Assembly: GCA_018238625.1 (NCBI GenBank)
Contig: JABCSY010000002.1
Coordinates: 1 to 64,000, forward strand
Direction of reading: 5' to 3'
From: Promethearchaeota archaeon
GTDB taxonomy: Archaea > Asgardarchaeota > Lokiarchaeia > Sigyniarchaeales > SOKP01
Length of the DNA: 64,000 nucleotides
The notes below the pieces were generated by a model, which was not told where the DNA came from, made no database searches, and saw nothing but the letters and a program-made list of their open reading frames with translations. This document shows, in pieces, positions 1 to 8,104 of this stretch. A program made the position numbers and the translations under genes. Within the stretch, counting starts at the first letter, position 1. Each line of letters begins with the position of its first letter.

Positions 1-167
1 ATCTCATAATCTATAGTGAACCGCTTGATAATTCCATCTTCTTTCAATTTTTTCACTCTTCTTCTAACGGTTGCCTCCGTTTTGCCTATACTCTTACTAA
101 TGTCACTAAACGACATTCTACTATCCATTTTTAATTCTTCTAAAATCTTAATGTCTATAACATCCAT
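1..167 (-). CDS. Lrp/AsnC-family transcriptional regulator (partial, runs off the window start)
   Basis: Manual translation from ATG at 167: MDVIDIKILEELKMDSRMSFSDISKSIGKTEATVRRRVKKLKEDGIIKRFTIDYE, a typical AsnC HTH. Not in the ORF track. Confidence 0.88.
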   Translation of the reverse strand, partial: MDVIDIKILEELKMDSRMSFSDISKSIGKTEATVRRRVKKLKEDGIIKRFTIDYE

Positions 168-221
168 TTCAATTAACTCACTTGTTAAGTTTTGATAGCT
201 TTACAAAATTATAATGTTCTT

Positions 222-247
222 ATGATCAATTATCAATGATCAATTAT
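222..247. promoter_or_regulatory. Direct repeat ATGATCAATTAT x2 (14-bp period) upstream of the Lrp gene; possible operator
   Basis: atgatcaattat-ca-atgatcaattat, each copy containing the palindrome TGATCA, ~55-80 bp upstream of the Lrp start. Confidence 0.35.
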
Positions 248-433
248 TAATTTTTATCGTTTTTCGCAATTTTTCAGAAACCATATCTAACAATATCTCA
301 TAAATTTTTATAAAATGTTACCACTTCATCATCGCTTCACCAAATTAATCCGTAAAAAAACTAAAATCACATCGAAATTGATATTAATTTGATGTCAAAT
401 TAGGATAGTAGAAATGAGTTGAGCTAAAAGTAA

Positions 434-1381
434 TCACACCTTAAAAAAATCCTCTGCGTGAACGAATTGAAACCCACAACGATTTGCAAAGGTATTATCA
501 ACCTTCATATCGCCTACCATTATACATTGGGAAGGATCGAGCCTATGCTTTTCGATAAATTCAACACCCATTCCAGGCATCGGCTTCCTGCAATAACAAA
601 TCTGCGGAAAAGCAGGGTGAGGGCAAAAAAGACGTTCAAAATCTATTCCTAAAAGTTTATGGGTGTAAGCGAAACATTCAAGAAGCTCATCAAGAGTCAT
701 ATCCCCTTTCGCAACAAACGATTGGTTTGACACCCCTAAGAGAAGATATCCGTTTTCTTGATACTTTTTTAACACTTCGGTTCGGTGGGGGAGTATCTCT
801 ATATCTTCGGGCGTGGACGGATACCTCGCTCCTGACTTTGTTTTCCTAATCGTTCCGTCGTAATCTAAGACGATTGCTTTTTTCGTATACTTAGTTTTAT
901 CAACTACTCGCGTAAACTTTACTTTTTCTACGGCGTGAAATCCTTCTTGGGTTTTTGGAGGTATTACCGTTTTTCTATATTTATAGATTACTACTGGAGG
1001 ATATACACCTACCTCTTTACTCTTTTTAATCTCTTCAGGAGTCAATAACCTCCCGTAAGTATCGATCAATCGTTTAGAAGCGTTATACAACGCATCTCCG
1101 ACGTCAATATCAATATATTTACACCGAATCTCGAAATCGTTGTTACCGGCCCATTTGATAATAGACTGGCGGGACTCTACGGTGGGATAGGTGTTATCCA
1201 AAACAAACTGAGAAGTACCGTTCTCGGCATATTCGCGTTCTAAGTGCTGAACTAGCCCATCCAACGATCCGCCAAGCTCGTCTCTATTTATCCTACAATA
1301 GCCTTGTTTTTCGTACTTTCTGGCAAGGACGGTTTTTCCCGAAGCAGGATATCCCATAATTAGAACAATATTTTTATCCAT
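434..1381 (-). CDS. P-loop kinase + HAD-IIIA phosphatase fusion (polynucleotide kinase/3'-phosphatase-like)
   Basis: N-term GYPASGKT Walker A and LDNT...R. C-term DYDGT (HAD motif I), VSNQS, RKPMPG, MVGD. Confidence 0.75.
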   Translation of the reverse strand: MDKNIVLIMGYPASGKTVLARKYEKQGYCRINRDELGGSLDGLVQHLEREYAENGTSQFVLDNTYPTVESRQSIIKWAGNNDFEIRCKYIDIDVGDALYNASKRLIDTYGRLLTPEEIKKSKEVGVYPPVVIYKYRKTVIPPKTQEGFHAVEKVKFTRVVDKTKYTKKAIVLDYDGTIRKTKSGARYPSTPEDIEILPHRTEVLKKYQENGYLLLGVSNQSFVAKGDMTLDELLECFAYTHKLLGIDFERLFCPHPAFPQICYCRKPMPGMGVEFIEKHRLDPSQCIMVGDMKVDNTFANRCGFQFVHAEDFFKV

Positions 1382-1978
1382 CGTTCCTCAAACATTTTTA
1401 TTGTTACATATATTTAAACCAAAAAAATAATTAAAGTTAGCAGAGTGTTAAACTTTTTCAACAATGTTTTGTAGCTACTCAAACGGTAATAACTACAAAT
1501 ACTTTAAAGTTTTCTTACTATCTTCCGAAACTCTAACATTATATTTTTTAGGTTCAAATATTTTAATTTTTAAAAACTATCAAAACACGCTTCCTACTCG
1601 TTATTTTTAAAAATAATAGGTTCATTGGTTACATTCGTGTCCAAGGGAATTCATGATTTTTACCATTTTATAGCGATTATTTTTCGAAAAGTTTCATATA
1701 TTTGGGTTTTTTTGAACTTTTTTTACATTTTGAAACAGATTATAATGGTATTCTATATTAATCAGTGATTTGGATCAGTTAAAATTGCTTCGTTACCGAA
1801 TGCATGAATTCTGATCGGAATCATTATCCTAAACTAACAAAATCATAGTTATCGATAAAAAGATTAGTCGAAAAGTTCGAAAAAGTTAGTTTTAAATACT
1901 AGTTTATCTAATAATGATCATAGTAAAAAAATTGTGGGAATTAATTCACAATAAAAAAATAATAAAAGTGAATAAAAA

Positions 1979-2155
1979 ATGTGTAATAGTTGCGATTGCG
2001 AAAACTACGAAAAATGTTCCATTGTCGGGTATTTTCCACTAGGTTTTTGTTGTCCTAAATGTGCTTTTTACGAAAACCGGGAAACATGCTTTCAAACACT
2101 AAGAGAAGTTGAGTTCAGCAGGAATAACCTGCCAACACAGACAATTATTCACTAA
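1979..2155 (+). CDS. Cys-rich microprotein, paralog 1 (58 aa; missed by the ORF track)
   Basis: MCNSCDCENYEKCSIVGYFPLGFCCPKCAFYENRETCFQTLREVEFSRNNLPTQTIIH*. Same 8-Cys motif as the next two ORFs; GTGA SD-like element upstream. Confidence 0.8.
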   Translation: MCNSCDCENYEKCSIVGYFPLGFCCPKCAFYENRETCFQTLREVEFSRNNLPTQTIIH

Positions 2156-2175
2156 AAATCGAGAGGTAATTAAAA

Positions 2176-2406
2176 ATGTGTAATAGCTGTAATTGTAGTC
2201 AAGATGCTTACGATCGATGTTCGATTGTTGGGTACCAACCGATTGCGTTTTGTTGCGAACTTTGCGTAGGGTACGAAAATAGGCATTCGTGCGAAAATTT
2301 TATTAGAATGAAAGCGAAGGTTTTTGACTCAAGTTCTCAACATATCCGAGTTGAAACTCAGGTAGAAGCAAGAAAGGAAAAGGTAACCCCTATCATCGGT
2401 AAATAG
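2176..2406 (+). CDS. Cys-rich microprotein, paralog 2
   Basis: MCNSCNC..Y..CSIVGY.P..FCC..C..Y.....C; GAGGT SD. Confidence 0.8.
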   Translation: MCNSCNCSQDAYDRCSIVGYQPIAFCCELCVGYENRHSCENFIRMKAKVFDSSSQHIRVETQVEARKEKVTPIIGK

Positions 2407-2418
2407 AGGTAAACGCTT

Positions 2419-2697
2419 ATGTGTAACAACTGTAATTGCGATAATTACGATAAGTGCTCAATAGTGGGATATATGCCGGAAGGTTTTTGTTGTTCTCACT
2501 GTTTTCTCTATAACGAGCAACGCACGTGCTTAAAGACTAAGACGAAACGTCCTGAAGAGGGTGCCGCTCCAAAAGCGCCCGAAGAGGAGTTAAAACCAGT
2601 CAGCACGTCTATAGAGGATGGGCTTTTAAGAGTTGTTATTAAGAAGAAGGGCGAAGAGATACCAATTTACATAGATCTTCAAAAGCATCTCGAGTAA
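2419..2697 (+). CDS. Cys-rich microprotein, paralog 3
   Basis: Same 8-Cys motif with a longer C-terminal tail; GAGGT SD. Confidence 0.8.
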   Translation: MCNNCNCDNYDKCSIVGYMPEGFCCSHCFLYNEQRTCLKTKTKRPEEGAAPKAPEEELKPVSTSIEDGLLRVVIKKKGEEIPIYIDLQKHLE

Positions 2698-2904
2698 TAA
2701 AAAAAAAACAAAATCAAATTTAAAAATTATCTGAATAGGTTAGTCTATTCCAATTAGGTTAGAATGGAAATGTCGATTTTCCATTATAATTTATCTTATT
2801 GTGAAGGATTGTGATAAATTATTGATTAAAATATTTCTTTTTTATAAAATTTAAATTAGTTAAACAATTAAAAAACACAAAAGGTTAGAAAAAGAGGATT
2901 TGAC

Positions 2905-3402
2905 ATGAGTGTCGTAAATTATAATTTTAGAAACGAAGTGCTCAAGCACAACGCGTCGTTGAGTTATTGTTATCAATGTTCAACGTGTTCTGGGGGGTGT
3001 CCTGTTGCTTTACTCACAAATGGGAAGTACAATCCTAGAAAAATAATTGAAGAGGCAATATTAGGGCTAAAGGATAAGTTAGTTGAGAGTCAAGATCCTA
3101 ACCCTTGGTTGTGTTCGACTTGTCAAAAATGCGTTGAGTTGTGCCCTCAAAAGGTAGAATTAACGGAGATATTTACTTTAATAAAAAACTTATGCTTTGA
3201 AGAGCAGAAATATCCCGAAGCGTTTTACTCGCAGGGTAAAGCGGTGTATGATACTGGAGTTGCCATTCCTTACTCAAATTCGATCGTTGCGAGGCGCAAA
3301 AAATTAGGTCTTCCAGAGATCAAACTCGCATCAGTGGAAGAGATTAGAACTCTAATGAGAGAGACTAATTTTGAAAAAAATATCTTGAAGGGGGGCGAAT
3401 GA
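2905..3402 (+). CDS. hdrC: Heterodisulfide reductase subunit C-like
   Basis: CYQCSTCSGGCP and CSTCQKCVELCP 2x[4Fe-4S] motifs; adjacent to hdrB. Confidence 0.9.
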   Translation: MSVVNYNFRNEVLKHNASLSYCYQCSTCSGGCPVALLTNGKYNPRKIIEEAILGLKDKLVESQDPNPWLCSTCQKCVELCPQKVELTEIFTLIKNLCFEEQKYPEAFYSQGKAVYDTGVAIPYSNSIVARRKKLGLPEIKLASVEEIRTLMRETNFEKNILKGGE

Positions 3403-3403
3403 A

Positions 3404-4279
3404 ATGGCGTACGATTTATTTTTGGGTTGCGTTATTCCGGCGAGATTACCTTATTTAGAGCTATCTTCAAGAAAAGTTTTTGAAAAACTTGGTATTGAGT
3501 TGCGGGATGTTGACGGGTTTAGCTGTTGTCCTGATCCCACTGGGATTGAGCTAATTGACCACGAAACGTGGTTAGCTTTGGGGGCAAGAAATTTAAGTTT
3601 GTGCGATAATAATGGAGGAGTTATATCTTTTTGCTCAGGATGCGTTGAAACATTAAAAGGCGTAAATCATTTTATAAATAAGGATATAGAAGCTAAGCAA
3701 AAAGTTAACAAATATTTAAAAAAGATTGGAAAGACATACGAGGGCAAAACAGAGGTAAAACATTTTGCTCAAGTTCTTTATGAAAATCTAGAAAAAGTTA
3801 AAGAAACCATAGAAAAACCTTTAGAAGGTTTTAAGGTAGCCATTCATTACGGTTGTCACTATTTAAGACCTTCAGAGTTTATTAAATGGGACGACCCATT
3901 TGAACCAGTAACTTTAGATGAAATCGTTAAGACATTAGGAGCGGAATCCGTAGAATACGAGCTAAAAATGGAGTGTTGTGGAAATCCTCTTGATAAGTCT
4001 GATAGGGATTTATCTTTGCAAATGATAGATAATAAATTGAAAGCGATTAACGAAGCTGGCGCTAACTGCGTTGTCGTAGTATGTCCTGCTTGTTACCAAC
4101 AATTTGAGTTTAATCAGAGAGAACTTAACAAGAGAAATAATTCTGAATATAAAATTCCTATTTTTTATTTGTCTGAGTTGATGGCTTTATCGTTTGGGTT
4201 TAAACCGGAAGAATTAGGATTTAACTTTCATCGAATTAAACCAAATGAATTGTTCGAAAGTATAGGGTTTAATGTTTAA
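3404..4279 (+). CDS. hdrB: Heterodisulfide reductase subunit B-like (CCG domains)
   Basis: LFLGC, SCCP, HYGCHYLRP, ECCG, CPACYQQF. Confidence 0.92.
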   Translation: MAYDLFLGCVIPARLPYLELSSRKVFEKLGIELRDVDGFSCCPDPTGIELIDHETWLALGARNLSLCDNNGGVISFCSGCVETLKGVNHFINKDIEAKQKVNKYLKKIGKTYEGKTEVKHFAQVLYENLEKVKETIEKPLEGFKVAIHYGCHYLRPSEFIKWDDPFEPVTLDEIVKTLGAESVEYELKMECCGNPLDKSDRDLSLQMIDNKLKAINEAGANCVVVVCPACYQQFEFNQRELNKRNNSEYKIPIFYLSELMALSFGFKPEELGFNFHRIKPNELFESIGFNV

Positions 4280-4324
4280 CCTTTATTAAAATTGAAATTA
4301 AAATTAATAGTGAGTGAAGTAAAT

Positions 4325-5632
4325 TTGGAAAAAAACTCAAAGAGTGCCTTAGTTATTGGTGGTGGGATCGCAGGAATTCAAGCAGCACTAGATTTAGCAG
4401 ATATGGGAATACATGTAGATATGGTAGAAAAGAAACCAAATATTGGGGGCAGAATGGCCCAATTAGATAAAACATTTCCTACTAACGATTGTTCGATCTG
4501 CATATTAGCCCCTAAATTATCAGAATGTTACAGACATCCAAACATTACGCTCTATTCGTATTCAGAAGTTCAGAAAGTGGAGGGTGAAAGCGGTAATTTT
4601 TCGGTCGAAATTTTACGGCGCGCACGCTATGTTAAAGAAGATGAGTGTATAAATTGCGGTGTTTGCGCAGAAAAATGCCCAATGAGGGTAATAGATGAAT
4701 TCGACCGTCAGCTAAGAAAAAGAAGAGCTATTTATATGTATTACTTACAAGGAGTCCCCGCTATAATGACGATTGATAAGGACAATTGCTTATGGTTTAC
4801 AAAGAACGCGTGTAGAATTTGCGAGAAAGTTTGTGAGAGGGAAGCAATTGATTTTGAGCAACAAGATCAACATATTAAATTGAATAACGTTGGTTCTATC
4901 ATCGTTGCTACGGGTTATAGTTTGATCGAAGATATTGATAATGAAGTTTTAAGAAATTACGGTTATCAAAAGTACAGAAACGTCGTTACCGCCTTAGAGT
5001 TCGAAAGATTGTTAAGCGCTTCTGGACCTCAAGAGGGGCACGTAAAACGACTATCTGACGGCGAAAAACCAAAAAAAATAGCTTATTTGCAATGTATCGG
5101 TTCGCGAAACGATAGAAGTAGAAAGTATTGCTCGTCAATTTGTTGTATGTACACAACTAAAGAAGCTATGATAGCTTACGAGCATAACAACGAACTGGAG
5201 TCGTACGTCTTTTATATAGACATGAGAGCAGGGGGTAAAGGCTTTCAATCTTTTATTCAAAGGGGCGAAAATGATTATAATATTAAATATATTAAGAGTA
5301 AAATTGCTCAAATTACCATCGATAATAAAGAAAATCCGATTATAGCGTATGAAGATTTGGACAGTGGAGAGATAATAGAATTAAAAGTGGACTTAGCAGT
5401 TTTAGCCACGTGTATTATCCCGCCAGAGGGAATTGAGAAAATGTCAGAAGTTTTAGGTATTGAATTAAACGAGTATAGATTTGTTAAGACGCCTCCTTTT
5501 GACTCAACAGAAACCAGTAAGGGGGGTATCTTCACGTGCGGATGCGTACATGAGCCAATGGATATACCTCGCTCGGTTTCTGAGGCGAGCGGTGCGGCAG
5601 CAAGAGCAGCAGAAGTAATTAGAGGAGGCTAA
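4325..5632 (+). CDS. hdrA: HdrA-like flavoprotein, N-terminal half module (FAD + ferredoxin insert)
   Basis: GGGIAG, AQLDKTFPTNDCSIC, ferredoxin motifs, QCIGSR, YCSSICC. Likely TTG start at 4325 after GAGTGA (track start 4292). Confidence 0.88.
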   Translation: MEKNSKSALVIGGGIAGIQAALDLADMGIHVDMVEKKPNIGGRMAQLDKTFPTNDCSICILAPKLSECYRHPNITLYSYSEVQKVEGESGNFSVEILRRARYVKEDECINCGVCAEKCPMRVIDEFDRQLRKRRAIYMYYLQGVPAIMTIDKDNCLWFTKNACRICEKVCEREAIDFEQQDQHIKLNNVGSIIVATGYSLIEDIDNEVLRNYGYQKYRNVVTALEFERLLSASGPQEGHVKRLSDGEKPKKIAYLQCIGSRNDRSRKYCSSICCMYTTKEAMIAYEHNNELESYVFYIDMRAGGKGFQSFIQRGENDYNIKYIKSKIAQITIDNKENPIIAYEDLDSGEIIELKVDLAVLATCIIPPEGIEKMSEVLGIELNEYRFVKTPPFDSTETSKGGIFTCGCVHEPMDIPRSVSEASGAAARAAEVIRGG

Positions 5633-5635
5633 AAA

Positions 5636-7327
5636 ATGTCAGAAGAAAAAAAGAAAGATATTGAAGATGTAAGGGTGGGAGTATTTGTATGCCACTGCGG
5701 TTCTAATATAGGCGGTTTGATAGACTGTAAGGCTTTAGCTGAAGAAGCGAAAAGTCTTCCAAGTGTTGCCTATGCTGAGGATAACCTCTATACTTGTTCA
5801 GAAAACGGTTTAGCGAGTATTAAGGCGGCAATCGAAGAACACAATTTAAATCGCGTTGTTGTAGCATCTTGTACGCCAAGAACTCACGAGCCTTTATTCC
5901 GAGATTGCGTTTCCGAAGCGGGCTTAAATAAATATCTCTTTAACTTTGTTAATATTCGCGATCAATGTACTTGGGTACACCAAAAGCAACCCGAGGAAGC
6001 TTATAAGAAAGCTCAAGATTTAATTAGGATGGGAACTGCTAAAGCCGTAAAGCTTGAAGCGCTAGACATAATAATGGTAAGTGTTAATCCGTCCGCTTTA
6101 ATAATTGGTGGAGGTGTCGCTGGAATGAGCGCGGCTCTTAATTTAAGCAGACAAGGATTTCAAACCTATTTGATTGAAAAAGAAGATAAATTAGGGGGAA
6201 GGTTAAATTCGCTACATAAACTCTTTCCTCATCAATTAGACGCTTCAGATTTTTTAGATAGAATTAAAAATAACGTTCAAAATGCTCGAAATTTGCAAGT
6301 TTTAACATCTACTATAGTTAAAAATATTGATGGATTTGTGGGTAATTTCGAGGTAGAAGTAGAACAAAACGGTAAAAAAATTGAATTGTCCGTAGGTGCT
6401 ATAATAGTTGCTGTAGGTTCTTCGCTTTTTACGCCTAACGATTTATATGGCTACGACGGTAAAAAAAGAATCACGCAATTTGAATTAGAGTATAAATTTA
6501 TTAATAACGACGTAAAAGCAAATAATTTTGTAATGATACAATGCGTAGGTTCTCGAATTGACGAACGTCCATACTGTTCAAGCGTTTGTTGCATGACGGC
6601 TTTAAAAAATGCTTTAGTTATTAAAGAGAAAAATCCTGAAGCAAATATTACGATCTTATTTAGAGATTTGTATACTCCTGGAACAGATTACGAAAAATAT
6701 TATAGAGACGCAAGGGAACAAGGCGTGCTCTTTATTAAATACAGTCTTGATAAAGTACCAACTGTAGAAGAAAACCAAGTAAAAGTATTTAACGAATACA
6801 TGGGGGAAGAATTGATCCTTCCATACGATTTACTTGTGTTATCAACGCCGTTAGTTGCGAATAACGATAACAAAGAACTTGCTCAAAAGTTAAAGGTCCC
6901 TTTAGAAGCTAACAAATTCTTTTTGGAAGCACACGTAAAACTACGTCCTAACGACTTTGCCACAGATGGGATCTATATTGGTGGTTCGGCTAAATGGCCC
7001 GTAGATATAACAGAAGCTATTACTCAAGGATATGCTGCTGCGGCTAGGGCAAGCAGAGTTTTGTCTCATGAATCGCTCGAAGTAGACGGAGCAACTTCAA
7101 GTTTACCCGAATATAATAAAAGTCTGTGTAGTGGTTGCGAAATATGTATTAAAGTTTGTCCTTTTAATGCAATTATCAAAAATGAAAAGGACGAGATTGA
7201 AATTATAGAAGCATTATGTAAAGGATGCGGAGTGTGTGGTGCAACATGCACGAATCAAGCAATTGTGATAAGACATTTTACAGACGATCAAATTTTTTCT
7301 GAAATTGAAGCTTTTGGAGGTCAATAA
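5636..7327 (+). CDS. hdrA: HdrA-like flavoprotein, second module
   Basis: GVFVCHCGSNI, VVASCTPRTHE, GGGVAG, QCVGSR, LEAHVKLRP, C-terminal 2x[4Fe-4S]. Confidence 0.88.
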   Translation: MSEEKKKDIEDVRVGVFVCHCGSNIGGLIDCKALAEEAKSLPSVAYAEDNLYTCSENGLASIKAAIEEHNLNRVVVASCTPRTHEPLFRDCVSEAGLNKYLFNFVNIRDQCTWVHQKQPEEAYKKAQDLIRMGTAKAVKLEALDIIMVSVNPSALIIGGGVAGMSAALNLSRQGFQTYLIEKEDKLGGRLNSLHKLFPHQLDASDFLDRIKNNVQNARNLQVLTSTIVKNIDGFVGNFEVEVEQNGKKIELSVGAIIVAVGSSLFTPNDLYGYDGKKRITQFELEYKFINNDVKANNFVMIQCVGSRIDERPYCSSVCCMTALKNALVIKEKNPEANITILFRDLYTPGTDYEKYYRDAREQGVLFIKYSLDKVPTVEENQVKVFNEYMGEELILPYDLLVLSTPLVANNDNKELAQKLKVPLEANKFFLEAHVKLRPNDFATDGIYIGGSAKWPVDITEAITQGYAAAARASRVLSHESLEVDGATSSLPEYNKSLCSGCEICIKVCPFNAIIKNEKDEIEIIEALCKGCGVCGATCTNQAIVIRHFTDDQIFSEIEAFGGQ

Positions 7328-7329
7328 AG

Positions 7330-8100
7330 ATGAGTTTTGAACCCAAAATTTTAGGCTTTTTATGTAATTGGTGCTCCTACGCTGGTGCCGATTTAGCAGG
7401 CGTTAGTAGAATTCAGTACCCCACGAATATGCGAGTAATTAGAGTTATGTGTAGCGGTCGAGTTGACCCTAAATTTATTTTTCACGCTTTCGAATTAGGA
7501 ATCGATGGAGTTTTTGTAATGGGATGTCACCCCGGAGATTGCCATTATCTTGAAGGAAATTACGAAGCAATAACCAAATTTGATATGACACAAAAATTTC
7601 TTAAAGCTATTAACTTTGATAAAAGAGTGAGATTAGATTGGGTTTCTGCTTCGGAAGGTATTAGATTTGGTGAGGTTGTAACCGAATTCATTGAGCACAT
7701 TAAAGAATTAGGTCCTTCACCCCTAAGTGGAGGGAAACCCGACGAAGACATACTCGATAAACTTAAAGCAATAAAATTAGCTGCAGGTAATAGTAGGATG
7801 CGAGCATTAGTAGGAAGAGAGAAAACCCTACTTGAAAGTGAAAATGTCTATGGGGAACAAATCATTGAGGAAAGGTTTAACATTTTAATGGATAAAGCGA
7901 TAAAAGATGAATTTGAACGGCACCGAGTTTTAGTTGCTTTAGAAAAGGATTCGAACTCGGTAAAAGATTTAGCAGTCGAGTTAAATATTGATCCGAGTGT
8001 AGTTTTGGAGCACGTAATAACTTTGAAAACTCGCGGTCTAGTTGACTTTCAAGAAATTAAAGGAAATACACCAATATTTATGAGGTTATGGGTGAAATAA
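7330..8100 (+). CDS. mvhD: MvhD/FlxD-like [2Fe-2S] protein with C-terminal winged-HTH extension
   Basis: FLCNWCSYAGADLAG, MCSGRVD, GCHPGDCHY. Extra ~125 aa ending SVKDLAVELNIDPSVVLEHVITLKTRGLV (HTH-like). Confidence 0.85.
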   Translation: MSFEPKILGFLCNWCSYAGADLAGVSRIQYPTNMRVIRVMCSGRVDPKFIFHAFELGIDGVFVMGCHPGDCHYLEGNYEAITKFDMTQKFLKAINFDKRVRLDWVSASEGIRFGEVVTEFIEHIKELGPSPLSGGKPDEDILDKLKAIKLAAGNSRMRALVGREKTLLESENVYGEQIIEERFNILMDKAIKDEFERHRVLVALEKDSNSVKDLAVELNIDPSVVLEHVITLKTRGLVDFQEIKGNTPIFMRLWVK

Positions 8101-8104
8101 GATT

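Noticed and set aside
1932-2816. Rex-like TTGTG half-sites (1932-1951, 2799-2816) upstream of the Hdr cluster
   Set aside because: Spacing and symmetry do not fit TTGTGAA-N4-TTCACAA, and no Rex gene is in the window.
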